This document shows positions 54,843 to 64,000 of a stretch of 64,000 nt of DNA, in pieces. The number at the start of each line of letters is the position of its first letter. Within the stretch, counting starts at the first letter, position 1. A program made the translations under genes and the position numbers. The DNA is taken from IMG/VR virus record IMGVR_UViG_3300032285_004054, positions 62,001-126,000 of that record; one strand, written 5' to 3'. The notes below the pieces were generated by a model. The model searched no databases. It saw nothing but the letters and a program-made list of their open reading frames with translations, and had not been told where the DNA came from.

Positions 54843-57800
54843 TTATGTAGGCTGATAGACGTTAAAGTTAATTATTGTAGGTGTTGAGGTATCGCTAATT
54901 TTTAACTCAAACAAGTACTTTACGTGTGTAATGCTCGTTCCTAAGAACGCAAGTACATACTCTCTAGCAACAGAATTGTGACTAATAATAGGCGGATCAA
55001 CAGAAATAATCTGTAAGAATGATAAGCTTTGAAGAATATCAAAATCCTGCTGTAGTGTTGGAAATGTTTTTGTTAAGGAGATAGTATTAATATTATACTG
55101 ATATAATTCAGGTGCAATAATATAATCTTTAACGTCATTAAATGACAACACGATGATTTTTTCCTGAGGTAGGAACCAAGTCTCACCTGCATTACCCCTA
55201 AATGGGTAGAGCTGTTTAAAGTTATTTTCGTTATTAATTGGTACGGTTGCTAACTCTCTTGTTATAGATGGTGTAATAGGTGTTGCGAGAGATATGTGGC
55301 GAGAATTATCTGCAATACTTGTTATAATATCATTATTATAATCGTATTGTAGTTTCTCGAGATAAACAACACCTGGTGTTTGTATTAACAACGTATCAAA
55401 GAATATATCAATTTTTGTTATACCACCTGTGAGGTAGTTATATAAAAATGTACTTTCATACGATTTAAAGGTGCTTGATAAAGCAATATAGGCCGGTGAA
55501 ACAAAACGTGAATTTTTCTTTATCCAAATATCACCAGTTACTTTATTACGGTCACTAGGGTAAACACCATCTAGTTTTTTATATAAACCGTACTGGTTGC
55601 CAAAAATATCTGATGCCCAGCAATCTAATTGCTTATTTGTTTCTTTTAAAATTTGTGTATTTGTCCAGTTATCGACGTTTACCTGACCTGTAAAGCTTAC
55701 AGGTTTATTGTAGTAATCTGTCCACTCGGCGTCGTTTACGCCTCCCCAGGGAGACATTCTACTTGTAGGGGTTATTAATCCTAATTCGTAATATGATGTT
55801 GTTTCGTTACTAGACTGATACGGTATAAACTTTTGATATTTTTTAGTAATACTTTTTTTAATATTACCTGCTGCAGAGCCTGATGTTACAGGTTCCTTTA
55901 ACCAAGCGTTATTTTCTTCTGTTATAATGTACGGTGAAATCTGGTCCTGCATTGTTAACCCTCTGCCTCCAATATGGATATAAGGGTTATTAAACAGGCC
56001 TGTTAAGCTTGTAGATGATGTTACAATTGAAGCGGTGTAGTCTTTGTTTATGTAATATGACGCTCCTAGATTAGAAGGGCAAAAGAAGCCACCGAATTGG
56101 GAAATACTAGATAATGAACCTACAAAAGGTAGTACTGCAAAAGTAGGATAAAAGGTATTGGTTAAATTAGTCCAAGGATTCGCTACGGTAATTTCGGTTT
56201 TAACAGCAGGTGTTGCATACTCATTTATTAGTAATTCAGGTACTGCAGTAATATTCCATATAAAATTATTAACAGAGTTATAATAAACCTCAACGGGTTG
56301 ATTATTAATATGGTTGCGTAACAACATTGTTGATGGTGTTGTTAGCGGTGTTGTTATTAATGTTGTATTAATATTTTTTGATAATCCCGATAATGTCGGA
56401 ATAGCAGTTGTATTAAACAATAATGTACACCAAGCTTTGCTGTTTACATAGTAAGATAACGGTAAAGGCTCTGACCAAGTAAATGGTTGATTATAATTTC
56501 TCTCATACCTAATATAATTACCTGCACTGAGCACTATTGTGCTTATATCTGGCTGAGTTATAAGGTTATGGCCATCGACGAATTTTTGTGGTGTACCGTA
56601 ACTAATAAAACCTTTATATTGGGTTTTTGCATCTTTAGAGTTGTTACCTATAGCCCAGAAAGGACGTGCACCTTGATTTATGCTTCCATTAGTATCGTAG
56701 TTACTTGTATTGTAATTCCAACCATTGAGAGGTACATTTAAAACATACCCTGGTGTTGGTACGAGATACGTCGTGAGAGTTGTTGTATTAGTGTATGGTG
56801 AAACAACAGACAATACAGGTATGTTTGTAAACAGTGCGTTTGGTACTGTATTTACAATATCTGTTGTTGTGTTGTAAGATGTAACACCGTTATTAACAGT
56901 TTTTGTTGTTGTTGTTACAGCGGAAACATTTGCATTATAAGTCGTACCTGTAAGGGCGTGTAATGTTATTGTATAATGCCCTGTAACGGTAGGGCTAAAT
57001 GAAAAGCTCGGGACATTATTATATGTTGTTGTTTCAGATGTTTCGTTATTTGTAACAGTCCATTGTATAAACTGATTTACAATAATATTACTATCGTACG
57101 GGTAAGATACATATACGGTTTGCTTTGCATCGACATAGTCATATGTCATCCATGACGTACCGTTAATATTGTTAGTTATTTGAGATGGTACGATATGATA
57201 AGTATATTTTGTAAATGTAGAAAGACCGGGTCGTTCAAATCGTAGAACATCTCCAGCTCTGATGATCATATCAGACGGTAAATTAGAATTAATCCAAGTA
57301 CCGTCAGGCTGTTTAGTACCTTTTAACCAAACAGTTTTATTATTACTGTATGGGTAGCGTGTGACTAAAGCAGGTAAAGTTATCTTACTAGGATCGACAT
57401 TGAAAACATTTGCACGGCCATAGACATAGACTCTGTTTGGCTTAAAACCGAAGTACGGGTTTACCCAATATCCGTCTCCCCAACCTATTGTATTGTTTGT
57501 TCTAAACCAAGTAAAATCTGGACTGGTTGTATAGTCATTACCGTCGTCGTCTACCCATGTGTTTAAATCGAAACTATTATGCTGATCGGTGTTTGCAAGC
57601 GCTATAAAATCAGCTAACTGATTATTATCAGTTAAATTATCTCCAGGATGACCGAACGGTGTAAATAAAACTGATCTGCAAGTACATGCATTACCGCTAA
57701 GATATGTCAAGTTTGAAGTAATATAACTACAATTCGATTGATGATTTATAGATGGAAAAACTTTATTAGCAGATGGATATGTTGTGTCCTGCCAAATAAA

Positions 57801-59612
57801 CTGTGTATTAAAACCTGCTTGAAAATAGCAATTTAAACCTGGTTGATAGCAACCTGTAACATCTCCTGTGTCGAAAGGAGCACCTGATAACCAAGCACAC
57901 TCAGTAGCCTGTGTAGAATCGCTTGTGTAGTTAGCTAATTTAAAAATTTTATCAGCTGTTTTTATATCATTCGAAGCAGTTGCATGACGTATATTAATAT
58001 CTGATAACCTAACTGGTGAGCATGATTTAGTTATATCGCTAGGTATATTTGTAGGAAATGTACTTGTAGGTACTATTCGTTGATATGGCCATAAAACAGT
58101 ACTAACTGTATTATTACCTGCAATAGGTATATCAGTATTATACATACTGTACAGCCATGCTTCTTGTACATCTCCTGAAAAAATATTATCCGTGTATGCC
58201 GGTACTTTTGTTTGTACTTTTATTTTATCTGCTGCGTTATAATCTTTACTAGCATACGCTGCACCGTTACCGTTATTGTAAATAAGCTGTGTGTCATTTA
58301 TATTAACCGGATTTACATAAGAGAGTAAAGTTGTATTACTCCAATACGCACGCTGTACAGCGTTTTTATATACTTCTTCAAGATAGTTATAACCTTGTGT
58401 TGTTGATGTACTATAACCAGTCCATTCGACGTCTTCTCCTGACAGCCCGTAACCCGGAAAAGGATATCTAAAAACGGTTTGACTGTTAGAGTTGAACACA
58501 GCATTCATTGTACCTTGACCTGTTGTATAGTCTGTGCGTTTATACCAAGCACCTTCAATACCTAATGCATGTTTTATAAAAATTGTATCTGCTGTCGTAA
58601 TATCACTACCTGCAGTAGCGTCTTGTAGTCCTGCGCTTGATAGAGGTATCGGGTTGTAATACGGCGTGTTTAACGCTTGATCGTAATATGTGCTACCTGG
58701 CCAGTAGAAGAAATTATTACCTTTTAAAACCGATAAACTATAATAATCGGTATTCGTAGAAACTGGAGGTACAGAAGATGAATATTTATTTTCACCTAAA
58801 TATTTTGATGTAATGAAATTTTGTACTTGTGCTATATTCAGACCTAACGTATCAATGTATATTGGATCAGCGCTTAAGTCAAGATTACCTGCACTATAAA
58901 TCCATTCACTAGAGCTTAAAGATAAACCTAAATCAGCAAAATAGTTAGTAGTTGCTTCATCAGTCAGATTAAAGTAACTACTTACAGATACTGTCGGGCT
59001 TTGTCCGAGATAAGTTTGAAAATCATATAAATCTTCAATAGTTAAAGATATTGTATCTTTAATAGCACTTAGCTGAGGTATAGCATTCCACACTGAAGCA
59101 GGTACTGTAATTGAGCTATTTGGTCTTTGTGTGTAGTTTGTTAAAATATCTGTGATGATATTTTGATATAAGCCTATATTTGAACCAACAAGGTTGTACT
59201 GTAGTTTTGTTTTTTGGAGTTTGTCTCTTAACTGACAGTAATAAAGTGCAATATCGCGTAATTTTTTTGCGTAATACGGAATTGCTAACAGCAATTCTTT
59301 TTCATCATATATATTAACCTGGTTATACCATTCTTCTAGTTCTTGATTAGGTATAAAAAGATGTAATTGCTTTAGTAACAGTAAATAATTTTGACGTATT
59401 TGATCAGCTGTAGTAACACGATCAGTTGTTTTATTTTTATACCAATTAGTTAGATAGTCATTATACTGTCTGTATTCTTGACCTGGTATTAAATTACGAT
59501 ACGCTGCATACCAATCTTGATACGATAACGGACTAGCTAAATCAGAAGTATACCCTGCTATACTTGTAGGGGCTGAGTAACGGTTTAGCTGCTGGGTACT
59601 ACTAGTTTCCAC
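54843..59612 (-). CDS. Very large virion (baseplate-region) protein
   Basis: 1589 aa, T/N/Y-rich beta protein, co-oriented downstream of baseplate wedge genes. Confidence 0.5.
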   Translation of the reverse strand: METSSTQQLNRYSAPTSIAGYTSDLASPLSYQDWYAAYRNLIPGQEYRQYNDYLTNWYKNKTTDRVTTADQIRQNYLLLLKQLHLFIPNQELEEWYNQVNIYDEKELLLAIPYYAKKLRDIALYYCQLRDKLQKTKLQYNLVGSNIGLYQNIITDILTNYTQRPNSSITVPASVWNAIPQLSAIKDTISLTIEDLYDFQTYLGQSPTVSVSSYFNLTDEATTNYFADLGLSLSSSEWIYSAGNLDLSADPIYIDTLGLNIAQVQNFITSKYLGENKYSSSVPPVSTNTDYYSLSVLKGNNFFYWPGSTYYDQALNTPYYNPIPLSSAGLQDATAGSDITTADTIFIKHALGIEGAWYKRTDYTTGQGTMNAVFNSNSQTVFRYPFPGYGLSGEDVEWTGYSTSTTQGYNYLEEVYKNAVQRAYWSNTTLLSYVNPVNINDTQLIYNNGNGAAYASKDYNAADKIKVQTKVPAYTDNIFSGDVQEAWLYSMYNTDIPIAGNNTVSTVLWPYQRIVPTSTFPTNIPSDITKSCSPVRLSDINIRHATASNDIKTADKIFKLANYTSDSTQATECAWLSGAPFDTGDVTGCYQPGLNCYFQAGFNTQFIWQDTTYPSANKVFPSINHQSNCSYITSNLTYLSGNACTCRSVLFTPFGHPGDNLTDNNQLADFIALANTDQHNSFDLNTWVDDDGNDYTTSPDFTWFRTNNTIGWGDGYWVNPYFGFKPNRVYVYGRANVFNVDPSKITLPALVTRYPYSNNKTVWLKGTKQPDGTWINSNLPSDMIIRAGDVLRFERPGLSTFTKYTYHIVPSQITNNINGTSWMTYDYVDAKQTVYVSYPYDSNIIVNQFIQWTVTNNETSETTTYNNVPSFSFSPTVTGHYTITLHALTGTTYNANVSAVTTTTKTVNNGVTSYNTTTDIVNTVPNALFTNIPVLSVVSPYTNTTTLTTYLVPTPGYVLNVPLNGWNYNTSNYDTNGSINQGARPFWAIGNNSKDAKTQYKGFISYGTPQKFVDGHNLITQPDISTIVLSAGNYIRYERNYNQPFTWSEPLPLSYYVNSKAWCTLLFNTTAIPTLSGLSKNINTTLITTPLTTPSTMLLRNHINNQPVEVYYNSVNNFIWNITAVPELLINEYATPAVKTEITVANPWTNLTNTFYPTFAVLPFVGSLSSISQFGGFFCPSNLGASYYINKDYTASIVTSSTSLTGLFNNPYIHIGGRGLTMQDQISPYIITEENNAWLKEPVTSGSAAGNIKKSITKKYQKFIPYQSSNETTSYYELGLITPTSRMSPWGGVNDAEWTDYYNKPVSFTGQVNVDNWTNTQILKETNKQLDCWASDIFGNQYGLYKKLDGVYPSDRNKVTGDIWIKKNSRFVSPAYIALSSTFKSYESTFLYNYLTGGITKIDIFFDTLLIQTPGVVYLEKLQYDYNNDIITSIADNSRHISLATPITPSITRELATVPINNENNFKQLYPFRGNAGETWFLPQEKIIVLSFNDVKDYIIAPELYQYNINTISLTKTFPTLQQDFDILQSLSFLQIISVDPPIISHNSVAREYVLAFLGTSITHVKYLFELKISDTSTPTIINFNVYQPT

Positions 59613-59624
59613 GGTTGTCTATTA

Positions 59625-62600
59625 TTAATTAATGATAAGATTCTTAGTTAGATAGTAACTAAACATACTTTCTATAATACCTCCATCAGCATATAAATCA
59701 TCAGCTGTAGATAGCGTTCTATTAATAGTTGTAAAAGGACTATTCCAATCTATAACACTTTCAATAAAACGTTCATTAAAGCTTACATCAGATAATTTAG
59801 CATATAGCGCTGCACCTGTTAAATTAGGATATAATGTATTAAGCGTTAGTAACGGGTTAGGGTAATAGACAGGATGATACTCATAAAAACGGTATTTTGT
59901 AGGGTCTGATATATTTTGCAATAAACCAAAGGAAGGGTATAGGTTTAACGGGTAGTGTTGTTGATGTTCTTCGGGTAAGAATGTATTAACAGGTACTACA
60001 TTTAAAACAGGTCTAGAATCGTAAATACTTTGTATGTATATTCTTTGACCCGCTGTTACAAAAGCAGTATTAACATCTAACGGATATTTCATACTTTCGT
60101 TTATACTTTCAGATGATAAAGGAGTACTATCTAATATACCCCATAATTTTGTACGAGGTATTGAAGCAATATCAATCATGTTTTGTACTTCAGCAGGATA
60201 TACATTGCTAAAATTAATAGCTGAAACATCCATTGAGCGTGCTAGAGACATTAATTGTGTTATATTACATGTATCAACATCGCTGTGATTGGGTACGAAA
60301 TTCGCAATTCGTTCGTATGTCTTTTGACCTATATCTTCGTAACCGCTAGGGGCTGCAGTACCTACCATAGCGCCTAAATAGCTATCAAAAAGTTTGTCAT
60401 TTTGAGATAAAATATCCGGTAAAGCAAGAGATTTATAATAATCTGCTGTACTAAAACTTTCATTAAGTCTTCTTAAACCAAACGATTTATTAAAGTTATA
60501 GATGTTAAAGTTGTTAGATGCACCGCTTATTGTATCTGTAAAATTAGCATATTTCTGAAACCATTTATTACCTGTCCAGTCTCCAGTAGCTTGAGCAGAT
60601 TTGTAAGGAGGGGCTGTCTGGGTGTATGTAAAAGTGTTTTCGAGGTTATTAAGATACCCGATACTTGTCCATGGTTGTATTTTAAAATAACGAGGGCGAA
60701 TTGACTTTTCTAAAGATGGTGTAGCTGATAATAAAAATACATTATTCATCTTCGAATCAATAACCCAAAGACGATTATAAGGGTCAACAGCTATACCGCC
60801 TAATTCTTCATCATAACCTTTTGCAAAATCAGGATTTAATTCTTTATTTGTAAAATCATCATCACCAGCATTATCATAATAGAAAATATTATTACTAGAG
60901 TCTATATTATTAAATGATAAAAACGCCTTACTAACGTCAAGGTAACTCAATTTTAAATCATTATTGTAAACTGTGGGGTATGTTTCTTTAGGCGGTATAT
61001 ACCAGGAGGATACAGCTGCTGTTGCTCTATCAATAAAACCTATATTTCGTATACCATGTGTAAACCAAATATTATTGTGTTTGTCAAGGCACATATTATT
61101 AGGTCTTGAAAACCAAGTAGGTGTTAGAGGCGGACCGCTACTTACTGTGCTTAAGAGTGTGTACTTTGTATTAACGTATCCTTTAACACTACCTTTACTG
61201 TAATAAACATTAGGGTCACCGTATAGTCTAAAACAACCACCGAAATCCGTGTCATGCATTTCGTCCATTACCCATACCTGATTTTTTTTGTTAATAGCTA
61301 TACCTAGTGTTGTACTTGTATTACCGAGATTAATTTGGTTGAGTACATCCCCTGTTGGACTATATTGTACTAGTAAACTACAAACAGGGTGAGTGTATGT
61401 AACCCAAGCGTTACTATTTGAATCTGTTTCAACAATAGACGGTCTTAATAATTCGTCACCGGTAAAGTTATTATAAGGGGCATCAAATGTATAGTTTATA
61501 GGTATACCTGAGGGAGCAGCAATAGCAGATAAATTGAAATGATAGTCAAGCTTAATTACAGATGCTGTATCAAATAATGTAATCCATGTATTACCGCATC
61601 TATCAATACTTGTATAAGCTGGGGTACAACCTGCTGTGAGATTATTAATACCTGTTATACTTGAAAGTGAAACTGAGCATAAAATTGTACCGGTTGTGTC
61701 TATACGATATAATCTGTCTAATTCAGCATCAGCAGCAACAACGGTATGATCACCCGGAAATAACGATATACTATAGATACCCGAATAACCAGACATTCCG
61801 TAGTTAAACGTATTACCTGGTGTATCTACCCAAGGAGTATCTGTAATAGTTATTGTTGTATCAATTAACGTTCCGTTGCTCTTGTAAATATCAATAGTTG
61901 TACATCCTTCAGGATAAGGCATTGATAATATTTGATATAAGTTTTTATTTTCAGCATTTGAAATCCAAGCTATTGGTGTTGGACCGTAACCACCCGCGTA
62001 GGGAAAATCCCATTCAGCTAAATAAGGATTTTCGTTCGGAACAGTATACGCAACTATAGTAGCGTTTTCAGCAGTAGCGGTAGCTGCAGGTGTAATTGTT
62101 GTAAATACGTAACCGCCTGTATCAAACCCGTTGACATCGGTACGTTGAAAATGTATAGCGTCAGGATCAGTAGTGTAGGGTGTTGTAGCAGAAACATTAA
62201 TCACAGAAGGTACTATATTACCATCTTGATCTATTATATCTAAATTTAAGACTGTTGATAACCCTGTAGGATTATCTACAGGGAAATTGTAAATTATACC
62301 ACTACTTGTTGTCGGTACACCAGTATAACAAAAACGATTTGCAAGATTTGAATGACCGGTTATTAATACCGGTATGGGGTAACCAGCCCATTTACTTGTT
62401 GATATACCGTCAATATAATTACCTGTTACTTTAAAATAATCAGGCTTATAATCATAGAACTGCCAGGCAATAGTAGCACGGGTTACTGTTGTATTACTAT
62501 AACTAAAATATTTGTATGTATTGGTTTCAAGCGGTACAGGTAGTGCTGATGTCTGCAATGTAGCGATAATAACTAACGGGCAATTTTCTGTAGGGTTACC

Positions 62601-63227
62601 TATACTTTGATCATCTCTAAATTTGAATTGACCGGAACCTGAAACAGCTACAACGTTACCGTCTTTATTATACAGATTAACAGTTTCAATATTTAGAGTA
62701 TCAATGGCGTTACCACTTAAATCGTAAAAACTCCAAGTAGGTGTTAAGAATTTCCATTTACCAGTAGCAAAATCAAGCGGTATAGAAGGAGAGTTTGCCG
62801 CAAATAATTTTACTTTAATGGGTTCATTTATTTGAGCAGATATTATGTTAACAGTAAACGGTTCAGGAGAAATTTCTCCGGGTGTACCGAACTGTTTCGG
62901 GTAATTTGCAAACGATATATAATCTCTATAAACGTAGTCAACAGAAATACTCGCAGTATTAGTACTATAGGTATTATCATACCCAAAAGCAGATAATGTA
63001 ACCGTATATATACCTGGAAATTTATATACATGAGACGGGAACAATGTATCGTATGCAATATTACCGTCACCGAAATTCCATATAACTTGTTTTACATTAG
63101 GGTCATACGCGGAAATACTCGTATATGTAGGACCGTTAAAATAAAAAACAGTACCATATACGTCTCCTGATAATTGAGGAACACCTGTAAGTGATGTTGA
63201 GTATATACTAATAGGAGGCGTAACCAT
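59625..63227 (-). CDS. Baseplate-region protein with PKD domain and beta-propeller
   Basis: WNFGDG...PSHVYKFPGIYTVTL PKD; GIAINKKNQVW and GIAVDPYNRLW blades; helical C-terminal part. Confidence 0.65.
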   Translation of the reverse strand: MVTPPISIYSTSLTGVPQLSGDVYGTVFYFNGPTYTSISAYDPNVKQVIWNFGDGNIAYDTLFPSHVYKFPGIYTVTLSAFGYDNTYSTNTASISVDYVYRDYISFANYPKQFGTPGEISPEPFTVNIISAQINEPIKVKLFAANSPSIPLDFATGKWKFLTPTWSFYDLSGNAIDTLNIETVNLYNKDGNVVAVSGSGQFKFRDDQSIGNPTENCPLVIIATLQTSALPVPLETNTYKYFSYSNTTVTRATIAWQFYDYKPDYFKVTGNYIDGISTSKWAGYPIPVLITGHSNLANRFCYTGVPTTSSGIIYNFPVDNPTGLSTVLNLDIIDQDGNIVPSVINVSATTPYTTDPDAIHFQRTDVNGFDTGGYVFTTITPAATATAENATIVAYTVPNENPYLAEWDFPYAGGYGPTPIAWISNAENKNLYQILSMPYPEGCTTIDIYKSNGTLIDTTITITDTPWVDTPGNTFNYGMSGYSGIYSISLFPGDHTVVAADAELDRLYRIDTTGTILCSVSLSSITGINNLTAGCTPAYTSIDRCGNTWITLFDTASVIKLDYHFNLSAIAAPSGIPINYTFDAPYNNFTGDELLRPSIVETDSNSNAWVTYTHPVCSLLVQYSPTGDVLNQINLGNTSTTLGIAINKKNQVWVMDEMHDTDFGGCFRLYGDPNVYYSKGSVKGYVNTKYTLLSTVSSGPPLTPTWFSRPNNMCLDKHNNIWFTHGIRNIGFIDRATAAVSSWYIPPKETYPTVYNNDLKLSYLDVSKAFLSFNNIDSSNNIFYYDNAGDDDFTNKELNPDFAKGYDEELGGIAVDPYNRLWVIDSKMNNVFLLSATPSLEKSIRPRYFKIQPWTSIGYLNNLENTFTYTQTAPPYKSAQATGDWTGNKWFQKYANFTDTISGASNNFNIYNFNKSFGLRRLNESFSTADYYKSLALPDILSQNDKLFDSYLGAMVGTAAPSGYEDIGQKTYERIANFVPNHSDVDTCNITQLMSLARSMDVSAINFSNVYPAEVQNMIDIASIPRTKLWGILDSTPLSSESINESMKYPLDVNTAFVTAGQRIYIQSIYDSRPVLNVVPVNTFLPEEHQQHYPLNLYPSFGLLQNISDPTKYRFYEYHPVYYPNPLLTLNTLYPNLTGAALYAKLSDVSFNERFIESVIDWNSPFTTINRTLSTADDLYADGGIIESMFSYYLTKNLIIN

Positions 63228-63235
63228 ATAAAGTA

Positions 63236-64000
63236 TTAATTTATAACAATGTAATTAGTTATATTATTGAGATTATTATAGTAAGGAAATTCAAAATAAT
63301 TTAACGAGACGTTGTTTGATGTTGATATGGCATCCTGATAAGGATAGTTAGGGTTCCAGACATATATAGATAGTCCTTCAACTTTAACATCAGGAACGTC
63401 TGTACGGGCCGTGTAAAATGTTTGTACACCATCTACAGCTAAAATTTCTTGTGTTAAGCCTCTAACATCGAGTGTCATACCTAATGATAATCTTAGATTG
63501 CTAAAATAATTTGTAAAAATATTTAGAATGTCGTTTGCAATGGCTTGCTTATTACGTAAAGAATTAGGTAACTGCTTAACTTGTAATTGAATACAGGATT
63601 GATCTCCTGCAGGGTATAACAGCTTACCGGGATTTGCTATACCGATACTAACAGCTTTGTAAACAGGGTCAATAAAGACAATCTCAGCTGTTGTTAAAGC
63701 AGTATCAGATAATGATGATTTTATTAACTGTTTTTGTGCAGGTGCTAAATAGTTAAATGTTGTGTTGGTAGCGCGAGGTGCAACAACTAGATATATATTG
63801 TTAAAGTTACAACTATCAGCGTATAATACCTGATTTATTAAAGCTCTATCTGTTAGGTTAGGGTTATTAACACCAAGCTTATAAAAATATTGTAAATATT
63901 GAGATACGTAATCGGTATTGTTTACAACTCTAACGTCGGTAATAAGATTTGCAAAGTTTGTTTGTATAAACGTTTGAAAATCTTTGGTAGTTACAAGGCG
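63236..64000 (-). CDS. gp6: Baseplate wedge protein (gp6-like), 3' part
   Basis: Frame open from 64000 (RLVTTKDFQTFI..., matching the R[AL]VT..D[YF] wedge motif) to the stop at 63236; the 80 aa track ORF is only its tail. Confidence 0.7.
   Translation of the reverse strand, partial: RLVTTKDFQTFIQTNFANLITDVRVVNNTDYVSQYLQYFYKLGVNNPNLTDRALINQVLYADSCNFNNIYLVVAPRATNTTFNYLAPAQKQLIKSSLSDTALTTAEIVFIDPVYKAVSIGIANPGKLLYPAGDQSCIQLQVKQLPNSLRNKQAIANDILNIFTNYFSNLRLSLGMTLDVRGLTQEILAVDGVQTFYTARTDVPDVKVEGLSIYVWNPNYPYQDAISTSNNVSLNYFEFPYYNNLNNITNYIVIN

Noticed and set aside
1-64000. Alternative genetic code (stop-codon recoding seen in some large phages)
   Set aside because: Core genes are full length in the standard code, coding density is high, and TAA, TAG and TGA all end genes
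1-64000. tRNA, rRNA, intron or intein
   Set aside because: Intergenic gaps are mostly under 60 nt, no cloverleaf was recognised, and conserved genes are uninterrupted; a covariance-model search was not run

Overview
A 64 kb, AT-rich, gene-dense segment of a large T4-like myovirus in the standard genetic code. It contains the head module: portal gp20, protease gp21, scaffold gp22, major capsid gp23, head completion gp4, and neck gp13 and gp14, which lie far apart on opposite strands. It also has a gp6-like baseplate wedge, a gp5-like hub/spike split over two genes, many large Ser/Thr/Asn-rich fibre and baseplate proteins, a lysis cassette, RNase H and PhoH. Surface-chemistry enzymes are present: CysC, a sulfotransferase, two glycosyltransferase-like proteins, an LpxH-like phosphoesterase and a truncated alginate-lyase-like protein. 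The most notable observations are: (1) dispersed small and medium proteins with T4 capsid-targeting-like leaders fused to varied cargo (PD-(D/E)XK nuclease, pre-toxin-like helical module, basic DNA-binding-like domains); (2) a possible early PAPS/sulfotransferase/glycosyltransferase system; (3) six paralogues with a shared N-terminal 'CIGDSL..IN.NF..L' anchor and different heads; (4) two peptidoglycan hydrolases nested inside the gp5 OB fold; (5) a candidate u-spanin lysis cassette plus a separate T4-T-like GAF holin; (6) a head-to-head junction truncating two genes at a shared microhomology; (7) TAAATA late promoters, or sigma70-type promoters, placed directly before most start codons, implying leaderless or short-leader mRNAs. 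All protein calls come from motif recognition by eye; no database searches were run. No tRNA, rRNA or CRISPR array was seen.
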